This document shows positions 47,294 through 60,087 of a stretch of 64,000 bases of DNA, piece after piece. Both the position numbers and the translations under genes were made by a program. The DNA is from Thalia democratica (lineage: Eukaryota), in NCBI GenBank assembly GCA_965202585.1, contig OZ241827.1, positions 74,400,001 to 74,464,000 of the forward strand, given 5' to 3'. The notes beneath the pieces are model-generated. The model had not been told where the DNA came from. It searched no databases and saw only the letters and a program-made list of their open reading frames with translations. Within the stretch, counting starts at the first letter, position 1. The number at the start of each line of letters is the position of its first letter.

Positions 47294-47630
47294 CAGGGGT
47301 CGGCAGCCTTTTGTAGCTCGAGGGCCAATTTTCCTTGACAAAATTTCTCGCGGGCCGCACTACTTGAATAAGAACCTTCAAGGGCCGCATTTATTTAAAT
47401 AAAGTTCTAGTAATCAGTAGAAAAATATTATTTCAGATCATAAATTTTATAAATTAAGCAAAAGTAGAGCACCAGTAAAACGTATTTATTAAATTAAGAG
47501 CCAACTGTAAGTTTTTGTTACAAAATCTTTAGTTTTTATTATTTTAAAATTTTAATTTTTGGCTCGCGGGCCGCATATTTAGACTTAGAGGACCGCATTT
47601 AGCCCACGGGCCGCAGTTTGCCGACCCCTG
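47294..47630. mobile_element. hAT-type MITE (CAGGGGTCGGCA family) with perfect TSD
   Basis: Perfect TIR CAGGGGTCGGCA / TGCCGACCCCTG and perfect 8-bp TSD CTTTAATA (47286-47293, 47631-47638). Internal CTCGCGGGCCGCA motifs are shared with 22395-22692. Confidence 0.92.
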
Positions 47631-50600
47631 CTTTAATACAATAAAGTAGCATATTACTTTTTTAAAAGTTATATTGGTAGAAAATTAAAAATGTAAGGCT
47701 TAATTTAAAAACTAATTTTAAATTTATGCATTTTACAGCTTAAAAGCAGCAACGAAGTATTAACAAATAATACTGAATTTTTTTTATTTTTTGTCATATG
47801 AATAGAAATTACAATAAAAAAGTTAAAAATTCGTATACAAAAATACTTTAGTTATTATTTCAGTAGTAATAAGTTAATAATATTTTGATATAATACAGTT
47901 AATTACATTTAATTATTGGACAAATTAATACAACTTACACATAAATTACGTATAAAATTTCACTACTTTACTTTTTTAACTAATCTCAAAGTCACACTTT
48001 ATACGTGAAATAAAGTTGTCTAAAAGATTATTTATATGCCTAAAACATCATAAATTTGTGTTATATAAAATAAACATTATTATCAGCTAATGAATATTAA
48101 AAAGTTTATTTTTATCAACATAATTTTAGATTGTAATGACTTAAAAAGAAAGAAATTTAACAGCTGAAAAAGTCTATGAAAACGACTTATTAGAAAAAAT
48201 AAACTACGTTAACAACGTTAATAATTCAAAAACAAAAAATCGTTCTAAAATAAAAAAAAAAGTTTAATAATCAAGTAAGCATCTGATAAACTTAAAAATT
48301 ATCACAACAGACATATTAAATTATAAGTGGGAGATGAATGACTTTATTAGGTTTGATAAAGTTACGTCATAATAGAAGCATTCACCGAGTCTCATGCTAA
48401 ATCTTATTTTTAATCATGAACTTTATATCAATATTCATATGAAACCGAAGAAAAAAACACTGCCTTTGAAGTAATTTTGTAAAATATTATTAAAGTTTTC
48501 CTTTATCTTCATGGGAGTTCAAGTAAATTGATTCGCTTAATTTTTAATAAAACGTTTTGTTGCTAAACTGTCAATTTCTATATAAAAACATAAACATTTT
48601 CGTTTCTTTCTTATATATATATTTATATGTATTGCTGTAATATATTTTTAGCTAAATTTTATATTTTGAAGGTTATTTGTGCGTTATTTTTCATTTATTC
48701 TAATAAAAACACGATCATTCAATTAACTAAACTTTTTAAAGTTCACAAAATTCAGACTTTACTAGATCTTTTAACTAAGGAAGTTCGTTTAAGCAGTAAT
48801 TGAAAGATTGTTCATTATTTTCCACAAAACCACTTAATTAATAAATTACTCATTGTTGTGGTTAATTAAGCCCGGTAAAAATACAATGCGTAGTTTAAAG
48901 AAGAAAAATCGAAAGTGTTTTAGATTTCAAAATTCTAAAAAATGATTCTTTTGTTTCCATAAAAAATATTTTTCGAAAAAACTTGTAGTAATTAAGTTTG
49001 CTTTTTAGTTACTTCTTTTAGATATTATAAGTATTTTTATTGTTTAAATATACGCAGTTTTAAATAGAATAATGAGAAAAAAAAGTGTTTCAAAAATTTT
49101 GTAGTACTTCTTTTGTCGACGTAATAAATAGAGTACTTTGCTAAAAGGAAGTACTTTGATTTGCATTCTACAGAATGAATACTCTTTTATCTGCAAGTTC
49201 ATCAATGTTTTACTAAAAAAGAACAAGTAAAGTTGTTAAAAAACTTTCTTTATTAAACTTTTTCTACCCAGAGATAGCATTATTTCAATTTTTTAACTGT
49301 TTTTTAGAACAAATTATAGGTTGTTGTAGTTTATGACAAATTACAATATTAAGATGTACCAACTAATAGTTACTATTTACTGCTTGGCTTATAAAAAAAT
49401 ATCTTATTTGTTTAAGAACAAAAAAAAATATAACAACAAGTTTTATAGCAATATTAACTTAACCTACAAAATATCCTACATAATTAAAAACGTTTTGAAA
49501 AACGCGTTTCTATTAAGTACAGTGCTTTGTGCATCAAAATAAAAAACTTGAATCGATTAAGATAAGCTTTAAAAGCCAAGATAACGTAATTCATGCTTAA
49601 TTAAATTTAACAAAGATAAAAGAACGTTTTTTTTGAACAACATTTAACGCAAATTAGTACACTAAATTGATTTGTACCGCTTTTTTTGGTTTAAAACTTA
49701 ACAAAAGCTTAATGTTTTAAGATAAATAATTTTGCGATCAAAACTCAAATGAATATTTTTACCTGTAAATTTTATAATCGAGCTTTGTTTTTCAGCGACA
49801 AAAATCAATGAACTAATAAAAAATTTAAGCGAATATAAATTTCCCACGGTTTAGTTTGTGATAGTTGACTCTAATTAGAAGTTTGTGTACTTTTGTTTTT
49901 ATGGTAATTGTATTTTGAGCGAGTTGCAGCCATTAAACGTAATTTTAAAACAATTTGAATCGTTTATTAAAACAAACTTAAACATTCAGTGTAAAAGATA
50001 TAGCAGTTAATTTAATATTTTCACAAAATTTAATATGTATCCATCAAGGTGTGTTAAAGTTTTTTTTTGTTAAACCTTCTGCTAGTTTATTTTGTAAAGT
50101 TAAACAAATATTTTTCTTATTAATGTATTTGTCACAGAACCTAACTTAAAAATACACTAATTTGTTTTAAGTATAGTTGTTATTCAACTCATACATAAAA
50201 TAATTGAAAATAACTAAATTATAATACATAGTAGCAGATTTTACTTTTATGGTATATGAATTTAGGGCATAACATTTTAATAATTTTGACATGAATATAT
50301 CATTTATCTAAGTCTTTAGGAATTCACAAGTTTACATTTAATCATAAAATTATATTTGTACAAAGTTAACAGAAGCTTTTGATTATCTAATATTTAGATG
50401 TAAAGCGTAGAAAACGAAAACAAAACATTTTGACCAAAACTTATACGTTTAAAAAGAGTTGGTTATAGTTCACAGAAAATTATAAATACTTTCGTGTTTT
50501 TACAGAAAACAGATTCTTGGGTATTTAAATGTTAGACATGATACTTTTATACAAACAGTTTAAAAAAAAGCTATGTTAGCTAATTAGTCTACTCGGGAAA

Positions 50601-51779
50601 TATTTGTTTTATCACTGTGGGGTTAAACTAAAATACCATAATTGAAAACAAAAAATTCTGATATTTTGCATACAAATGACATTTAACAAGTAGAAACAAC
50701 CATTAAACTTTTCAATGACAAAATTATAACTTATGTTTAGTTAAAAACAATTTACAGATTTAAAGGATTTACGTGCGTGTAAGGTCAACCTTTGCTCTTT
50801 ACATTTTGTCTCTAAACAGTTTGGCAATTTAAATTCAATTAAATCGCACTTGCTCAAAATGAGGGGTTGGTCTTCCTTAATGATGTAATTTATTTGGATT
50901 AATTAAAAGTAGTTTAATCTGCGTAGAGAAAGAAACCTGGTATTTAAAGAAAATATTTCGTCTAGACAGCGCTTAAAACTTTTATTTCCTAGAAAACTAC
51001 TTTGTTTAGTACAACTGAAACAAAATGGTAGTGTTTTTTGTCTATTTGTAAGTTGACAGTTTAAATAAGGTTTTGTAGTCACAAACAATTTTGATTAATT
51101 TTTCGAAATGTGAAACTTTAAAAGTTGAATTAACTAATAAAATTAAAACTTTACTTATATAATTTCAATTGGAGTCATTTAATTTTTGCATAAGTAAATT
51201 AAAAGGTTTATTAACGCTAAACGTAAACAGTTAACTTTTAATATGCTAGTTTAATAAAACATTTAGTTGCGACCATGAATAGTTTTTATTGCGATTAGTA
51301 CTATTCTTTTAGGAAAAAAATAATCTCAAAAATTAAAATATTAAAGATATATGTATTTTAACTTAAATAACTATTACCAATAGAATAAAAAATGTTTCAA
51401 TTTGTTTTTAGCCGAACTAAAAGCAAAAAAAAAAGTAAAAAAAAAAAACAGACACTCATGTTTTTAAACTTTGTTATATATATATAAATTTATATAACTT
51501 CTATAAATTTGTTTCAGCAGGTGTATAGGTGTTAAATAAACACAAATAAAAATTTTAAGAGTATACTTATTTAACTCAAAGCACATACTAATCTACTTAA
51601 ACAAACGTTCTCTGAAAAACCTAGAATTTTCAGTCTACACAAACAATACAAGCAAACTAGTTACGACAGTTGAAAATTTAACTAATCCCTTGTAGCGTTC
51701 AATGTGAAGTAGAATACCTGAAATATCAAATATTTCACGGGTATCATCAAAACAACAGTTTGTTTCAGTTTTTCACCTG

Positions 51780-51920
51780 TTTACGCGTAAACATGAAAAC
51801 CGCACGCGTTGGGGTAATCCCTGGCAACGAAACCGCACGAACAGCTGTTTTGCGACCACGTGACGATTTGTCAACTGCCAATCAAAACTGTTGTTGTTTG
51901 TTGCTATGCGATAGAGAAGC
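51780..51920. promoter_or_regulatory. CpG-rich promoter-like motif cluster with no assigned gene
   Basis: AAACCGCACG twice (51797, 51830), ACGCGT twice, CAGCTG, CACGTGAC (51857-51864), GCCAATCA (~51877) and CTGGCAAC, all within 140 bp of otherwise AT-rich DNA. Confidence 0.4.
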
Positions 51921-53036
51921 TGCTGTTTGTAAATGCAAAACTGCTTTGTCTTTTATAGATTAATTCGTAATGTTCTCGTTGTTATTATGCTGATCAGTTA
52001 TATTAATCAGTTTATTTTATTAATCAGTATTCTGACTGCTTTTCAAAAACACACATTTTGCATTAGACATGTTTATATGGAACCAATTATGTCAATACTA
52101 TTGACAATGGTTGATAAATTATGATGTGACATAAAAAACAATGAAGTTAAAATGTTAATACTAAAAACTGGTTTTACAATATTAGTTTGTCATCCTTTAT
52201 AATAATTTTTAAAGTACACTTGCATTGAGTTTTTATAAGATGTTCCGACAAACTGTAACAAAAATTTTCTATAAGCATTTATTGTAATCAAAAACATGAA
52301 TAATTTTATGATATGCAGAAAAAATAAAATAGCTAATATTACTTATATTTTTAAAACGCGCTATAAAACTGTTTTTAGTCGGCTTTGACATAGTATAAAG
52401 TAAATGTTTTGGCGTTTGGTTTTTGTATTTAATTACATAAGACAAATAGGTATAGAACTTTAATGAAAGAGTAAAGAAAATATTTTCTAAAACTTAAAAA
52501 GTTTTTTTTATGCAGACTAGATCTTATTATTAATTTATAAGTTCTTGTTTGGTTTCTTACTAAAAATAAGGCTAGTTATTTGCAGTAAGGGTTGCTCCAG
52601 TTGGTATGACCTGTCAACTAAATGTCTCTGGCCTGTAACGCATTTATAAGCGTAGTTTTTTTTTTCAGAAAAAAAATCGGCATCTAAGCTTTTTATAACC
52701 GTATTTTAAATGTGTTCTTCCTTTAGTTCTAAGTTTTTAATATACTAAACCACAATTCTATTACATTTCTGCACTTAAATGGTATATCTATTCTTTTTGT
52801 GGGATTTAAAGATAGTAAGTAAATAAAACTTAAAAACATACTGTATAATAGAAATTTGTTGTAATCATTTTCAACAAATACTAAAAAATGTGCTAAGCTA
52901 CTTACCTATCAACAACGAGCATATTTACCTCAAAAAAATTAAACTTAAGTAAGAAAATTAAGGCATAGCTCGGACACCAACTGTTTAAATTATCTTAAAA
53001 AAAAAACATAATAATTAACATTCTCAAGTTAGTTTA

Positions 53037-56000
53037 TTAAACATCAAGCGCATCGTAGCACCCCTGCACCGTCCTCATCATCTCGTCGATCTTCGACACA
53101 ACATTTCCGCTCTTGGGAATTTCCCTTTTATTCCTACCTTTTCTCCTAACACTCGACCTCAGGCTCGTCGGCCTCGACGCTTCCGACAAGAAGTCAGTCG
53201 ACGTCACCGTGTCGCCGTCGGAGCTGCCGCAGTACGACGTCACTGTCTTTTGTGACGTCACGTCGCAATATGACGTCACCGTGCTATCGTCGTCGGACGC
53301 GATGCTGCCGCCGGCCTGCATCCGCAGCCAGTCGGCCTTCGACCCTCGCTTCTTTGGCTTATTCTTATTAAGCCCCTGCTTCTGTCTTCTCCTTTTCTTG
53401 GGTCCATCGCTCGTTTTCTTTTTGGCCTGAGTCAGCTGGGCGACTTCAGACGAGCTGAGGTACACGGAGTCGCTGCTGGAAGAAACTTTGACTTCGGTCT
53501 TTTCAACTTTCGGAGTTTCGAGTCGGGGCTCCTCTTCTTCCCGTTGCCCGTTCAGCTTGACGTTCTAAAATTTTGAGTTGTTCAGAAGCTTTGTTTTACT
53601 TTTAAATTGTTTAGACTCAAGTGATTTTAAAACAGAGTTTTCTTAAACAGAGTTGTTAAAAAAATTGACGTTATAGCTGAACAAAATCGTACAAAATAAT
53701 AAGTAAGTATCAGTAAAGCAGGTACCTCGGTTCGGTTGACCTCCGGTTTTTTCTGCTCCTTCTCTTTCGACGCCCTGCTCCAACCATCCATCCAGTCCTT
53801 GCTGATGCTCGACAGCGATTGGTCGAAATAAACTTTCTCTCTCAGCGGCGACGGGATGCTGTAAGTCGACTGGCTCCAGATGTCGTTCCTGGCCGAGGTC
53901 AGCTTCATCGTCTTGTTCTTTTCGCCCATCATTTTCTTCGGGGTGGGCGACGGAGTTGTCGCCCGGATGTAAGACTCGCTCAGCTTCTTGCTTATCGTTT
54001 CTCCCAACATCTTGGCGCTTCCCTTGGCGTTGTTGACCATCTCGCCCACGCTGCCGACCGCCCCGCTGACGCTGCTCGCTACCTCGCTGACGTTCGTGAC
54101 CATTTTGCTGCTGCACCGCCTGCCCATTTCGATCACCTGAAACAAATTTTGAAAGCAGAGTAGGAGAAAGTTCAAAAACTAAAAAAAATACTAGTTTTCG
54201 TCGACCCTACCTGCGAGGTCTTCTTCTTCAGCATTTCCGACGCCGAGTCGCTGTGACCCTCGTCTTGCTCCTCATCTTTCGCGTTCAACCTCGACAGGAA
54301 CATGCTGAAGTCGGGCAGCATCTCCTGGCTGTCGATCCTGGGCGGCTGGAAGCTGCTCGGGAGCTTTTGTCTGCTTCTTATGGAGCTCACCAGGCTGCTG
54401 TTCGATCTCGTCACCGGCTGCGCGACACTAGGGCTTTTGGGAGCCTCGAAGTTTGAGCCCGATTCCAGCTTTCTTAAAATCGATTTGAAGCCTGTTTTAG
54501 GATGTATTTTGATTAACAACAAGAAAGCGTCCACTACTGGTTTAGGGTAACACTAGTAAACACAAACTACAAGTGAACTATAACAACTATTGTGTTTATT
54601 TTAAGAACCCAATGAATTTTGGTATCTGACTAAAATAAAAAAACATCTTTTGCTAGTAGAGATTAACATTGTACTGTTAAAAGAAAAAGGTTAAGAAAAA
54701 ATAGAAGCTAAACTATCTAAACATAATGCTATAATTATGTAAAATTAAACTTCAGCTGGCTATTTTGTTTAACAACTTTCAAACCTGTGTCAGCTTCCGG
54801 CTCTTCCGTCTTCTTCACGTCCGGTGGCTTCTTGTCCAACCTCGCGGTGAAGCCTCTGAAAAGGTCCTGGCAACCGTCGTCGTGGCAACCGTCGTCCATC
54901 CTCGTCTCCTCTTTCACCTCGTCCTTGTCGATCTCCTTCTCCGAGTCGTAATAGATAATCTTCTTGTTGCTGCTCCACGTCACGCTCCTGTTGCTCTGGT
55001 TGCTCTGCTTCGAGTCCGAAGCCTTCAGCGCGTTCCCGCTCAACGGCAGCTCCCCCGAGCTGAAGCTGTACTTGTGCTCGTTCTCCTTTTGTAGACTGCT
55101 GCTGGCATTTCCTGCGCTTTTCCGCGGTTCTTCCGCGACCAATTTCGCTCTCAAGTCTCCCAAGAACCCGCCCAAAGTGGAAATTGTCGAAGTGATTCTT
55201 TTCAGGTTTCTCTCCGTGGGCATCATGTAGCTGACGATGGACCTGCTCTGCTGGGGCAAATTGGTTTTGTTCACGTTCCTCAAGTGAGCCGAGCTGTTCC
55301 TCCTGACCTTGAAAAGGTCCGCAAAGAGGCTCGTTTTCGACGTTTCGTCTTTCTTCGGAGGCTTTTGCTCTCCCAAAGTTATTTTGCTGTCTCCAGACGG
55401 CGAGTCTTTGGACGCGGAGTCTGTTGGATTGCTTTTAGAAGGTGAGTCTTTAGCAGGTGCCAAAAAGGGTTTGAAAGCGGACTGCTTTTTCTCGGGCGCC
55501 TTCATGTACTCCGCGGCTTCGTAGAAAACGTCGTCGTCGCTCGAAACGCTCTCCGCTTGGAGCGTCGAAGAGCTGGTTATGCTCGCGCTTTCCCGGTACG
55601 CGGGAGGTACAAAGCCCTCGATGGGCGGCATCGGCAGGGAGCGTTTGGAGGGCGGCCGAGGCAGGTTACCCGCTTTCAGGAGTAAGGAAGCGTCCACCTT
55701 ACTCGGTGGTTTGGTCAGGCTCTTTTTAGGGTTTTCTGGTTTTTTGGCAGAGTTGCTTAAGCTAACGGGTTTGTTAACCGCATTGTTTTGATTTTTTGAA
55801 CTCTTTTCAAGCGAGTCGTTTGAGTTCAAAGGTTTTCTTATCACGTTGATTTTGTACGGATTGCTCGAACTTTTTATCGGCTTTTGCAAGCTGTTTAAGC
55901 TGATCGGTTTCTTGATTTCGAAATTTTTGGGCGGCTTTTTCGTAAACTTTTCCGTTTTTTGAACGGCATCGCTTGAGCTAGCGGATTTTTGAATCGCAGA

Positions 56001-56114
56001 TGCTTTTTGTCGGCTGTTCAAAGTGTTTTTGTTAAGTAGATCTGACAACTCGTTTTTGGCAGAAGTCAGCGAGTTCTTGTTCACAGTTTTAGGAAGAACG
56101 CTTTTGTCCTCCAT
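53037..56114 (-). CDS. Uncharacterised low-complexity Ser/Lys/Pro-rich protein, ~849 aa; exons 56114-54785, 54491-54211, 54136-53726, 53564-53037
   Basis: Four GC-rich open exons joined by GT-AG introns with matching phases (1,0,0), totalling 2550 nt. An in-frame stop lies upstream of ATG 56114, and the stop TAA overlaps AATAAA. I recognise no globular domain. Confidence 0.75.
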
Positions 56115-58584
56115 TCCATAAAATTGAGTGCTTTTTCTTATTGGTCAGTTTGACATGTTTTCACAAACGTCGACGAACGGATAACGAAGAAATCTGAGAG
56201 TTTTTCATGAAGATCACTTTAATAAAATTAATTTTATGGAGGGATTCTAAACTAAAATATATATAGACTAGAAAAAAAGGTATGTTTAAACATTTATAAC
56301 TATACTTTAAAATGTGTTGTTTGGTTACTCATTTATAAAACTTAAAAAAATATCTTATCTGTTCCCGATAATTACTAAAAAATATTTTAAATAATATCTA
56401 ATACTTAGCCTAAAAACTCTATTTAGAGAGAGTAAATCTTTTTAATATAAAACTAGTCTTTACCATAGAACAGTTCATAAGTTGTAAATCAGTATAAGGC
56501 ATTCAAAAACTGTTTTTATTACAGTCCTAAGCAAAAAATAGCCTATATATGCTTTTACAACTAAACAAGTTTAAAAACAGTTCGACAAAATATGCATTGC
56601 GACTCAATTAAAAAATGATAACAAGTACACAAGTTAGCTTATAATCTCTCATTTAGTATCTATTTTATAATAACTAAACAATTTTAAACTATATCAAGCA
56701 TATATATTTTTACGCATCAATTCAAAATAAGCTATACTAGATGCAGTTATTTTTGTTTTTAGTTCACCTGACTCTTAGAACTAATGGATACAACTTAACT
56801 GATACTATAATCAAGTTACTATTTAGCTTTTAAAGCTTACTTAATATTTTTTCCGTTATGGTTTTAAAATGACTTTTAAAACTTAGATTGTGAGTGTTCT
56901 AAATATTGCAGAATTCGTTATAAAACACTATGATATAGTAATGATATACTTTAAGATAACTTGTCTTAATATAAAGCATAATACTCTTTATAGTCTTAAT
57001 AATAAACAAAGAATAACTAACCGTTCCAATGAAATAAGAAGTTCTTTCCAAAAAAATACATAAATTTATTCAAATTATTTAAAAGTTTGAACTTAGCAAA
57101 ACAAACCGTTGACGTAATAATTAGAAGCTCAATAAGTTCAAATATTTTTTTAGTAAAAAAATCACAAAAATTTTAAACATTTTTAAATGTACTTTAAAGA
57201 TATTATGTCAAGTTTAAGATTTATTTCTTACAGATCTAAAGAGTTTAGTAACCCACTGCAATAAGTCAAGTTTAAAATTAACAACTTTGCAAGTAACTTG
57301 TAAATACTAAAAAAAAACTTCTGTGCTTTAAGTAAAAGTTTTAAATGCTAAAACTTGGCATCGCCATTAAACCTTGATTCATAAGCAAAATTTTTATAAA
57401 AGTTTTTATTGAAAACCAAATAAAGAATCAGTCAAATTTAAAAAACCCGAAAATCCCTATAAAACTTTTATATTTTATTGCCAAAAGAGCTTGTAAGAAA
57501 TTAATAAATTATGTAATTTAAGTCTCCAAGCAGATAAAATTGAGTTTATTGGAAGATTACTCACCAGTAATTCAAATAAGTTAACAAATTAGATGGAAAA
57601 ATAAAGCTTGTTTTATCTTTGTTACAACGCTCATGTATATACCAGATGCATACAATATGACAAAAGTTTATTGTGGTTGAGACTTGAGCGATCATTTCTT
57701 AGAAATCAATAATTTAATAAGTAATGCCAACTATGAAATACTTATTGAGTCAAAAATTGAAAATTCTACTGGTGTTTTTAAGTGAACAATTTATTACACA
57801 GGTTAACATTGACGTATTGTAAGTACTACAATCAAGTCAAACAAGTTTAAATAATATGTTTAACAAGTTTAAGTGGAAATAAATTCACAACCAAGTTAAC
57901 AAATACATGTTTTTGTTTTTATTTAATAACTATGGATAAAACATCTCTGTTAAAGAAAATATTATCTTAAAATTAAGTAGTAAACTTTTATTTTTGGTTT
58001 TTGTTTTGTTATCAAAATAAATATAAGTAATATAGTTCTAATTTTTACATACAGCTTCCAAACTAACATGTTTTCAAAAGGCAATCTTACAGTACTTAGG
58101 TTATAACTGAAATATTAACAGTTTAAACAAAGTGTTACAGAAATAACTTTTCAAACTACTCTACAAAATTATCATATAAAACTTTGTAAAGGTTGCTATA
58201 TACAAGCTATTTCTTAAATGTTATGTAATAAAACTATTTGATCACCAAAACATTCATAGAAATGTTTGTTTTGCTAAACAGAAACTTGAATGTGTAAATA
58301 CCTAGTTCAAACACTTAAACGAAAATATTATAACTTTATCTAACAAATTTAATAAAAAATCTAACAGTAAGTAAAATTACAAAAATATTTTATTGCTTTT
58401 TTGAAATGACTGTTTACCGTAAACAATTTTCTTATTCGGCTTTTAGAATCGTATTTTTGGTCCTTTTTGTAGAATAAGGTCTTTTTATGGCTCATTTCAC
58501 TTAAATATTACTTAAATTAATTCAAGTTAATTTTTTTTTGCTTATTTTAAGCTTGGTTTAATCATAGAAATTGGGTAAGAAAAC

Positions 58585-58640
58585 TGCGGCCCGCGGACCA
58601 AATGCAGCTCTTTTAGCAAAAATTTGCGGCCCGAGAGTAC
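58585..58640. mobile_element. Internal fragment of a hAT-type MITE
   Basis: TGCGGCCCGCGGACC...TGCGGCCCGAG motifs resemble the internal motifs of the CAGGGGTCGGCA family. No TIRs seen. Confidence 0.35.
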
Positions 58641-60087
58641 TTTTGGCTAAAAATATACGATTTTAAAACTATGAAAATATCTTATGTGTCCAAAGCTATA
58701 TTTTAAATATTGGTTTTATATGCTTATTAAAAAAATAACTGATAACTGTGCTTATAGAATATACTGTTAAGGCGTATAGTGGGCAAACTACTTAAAACTG
58801 TCTAATAAATTTTCATTTAATTCTTAGAAACAAGTTTATTAGTTAAGATAAATAGTATTATTGAAATTAAGACAATGATATTGCTTTAAAACATTAGCAA
58901 AATTATTTTAACAAAATTTTTCAAATAGTTTAACAAAAGTTTTGATTGTTTCACAATAAATAAAAGCAATACATCTGTTACGTGAATAAATGGGAGTAAT
59001 GATCGTAAAGAAGAGACGTAAGAATTATGATTCATCATTTATCTGAACTAATAGTAAATACAATGCTATAATTCGCATATAATTTAAAACATTCAGAATA
59101 TTACGTTAGACTGATTATATTTAAAACTGTTTTACACTGCTGTTTTTGTTCTAGACATAATTACTTTGCTTTAAAACATCATGTGCAAATTCAAATAAAA
59201 CTAATTTTAAATTAAACAACACTTTTATAATATTCTTAAATTTTTTGGCAGTAATTTAATGAATAATTAACACCTTAACTTTTCGTCTGATCAAACGAGC
59301 GTAGACTAACATCTCACACTAAGCTGACAATGTCTTAGATGTTGGGCTGCAAACGATTTGGCTGAGTCAGCTGTTCGGACTTTACCCACAAACGCTTGGT
59401 TAGATCTCAACAGCGGTTTTTCGCGACTGCCGGATGAGTGCTAATAACAACGAAACCAGTCGTAGGTTGTCTCGGATGCTGTTGTTGATGGTCGTGTGAT
59501 AAAGTTCGTTATATGTTACTGTTGGCATGAAACATCTCAACTTTGTTGATGATGGCCGTAATAAATACTAATTCATATGAACATAAAATTAGGTCAAGTT
59601 GTAGCAAAGCAAAGCATGATATTTATAAGTGTAAATATTTTTTTAATAAACTTTTATTTAAAGTATAAACGTATACAACAAGGGTCACTAAATTACATCT
59701 TGTAGGTTGAAAAAAGAAATGTATATTTATCAAAAGTTTATTATAGTTTAATGCATTAACCAGGCTTTAATGAATATATTATTTTTTTTTCGTTCTTTAG
59801 TTATTTTTTGAACTAATTTATCTTTTCAAGACCTGCGTAAATTAGCTTTTAACTTTTATCTTTTGATTTCCATGACGAAATTAGTTTTGAATTTTTGAAA
59901 AAGTATGTTTTAACTATGGAATTTTTAGTCGATTTGTTCAAATCTGTTCACTGTAGCAAACCAAAGGCAATACTGGTGTTTATTGTCAAAGAAAATAAAT
60001 AAAATTCTGCAAATCAAACTGAACAATTGCACAATGAAAGAAGCTAAAAAAACTAATTAAATTAATAATTACCAGAAAAACTAGTGT

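Noticed and set aside
36406-52124. Short AT-rich ORFs (60-86 aa) in the long intergenic region, and likewise at 8510-16431 and 21363-23226
   Set aside because: F/K/I/L/N-rich composition typical of random AT-rich DNA, with no splice-consistent partners or recognisable motifs.
53113-55791. Numerous plus-strand and off-frame ORFs over the orphan gene
   Set aside because: They are expected by-products of GC-rich exons. The chosen frame is the only one that splices consistently through four exons.
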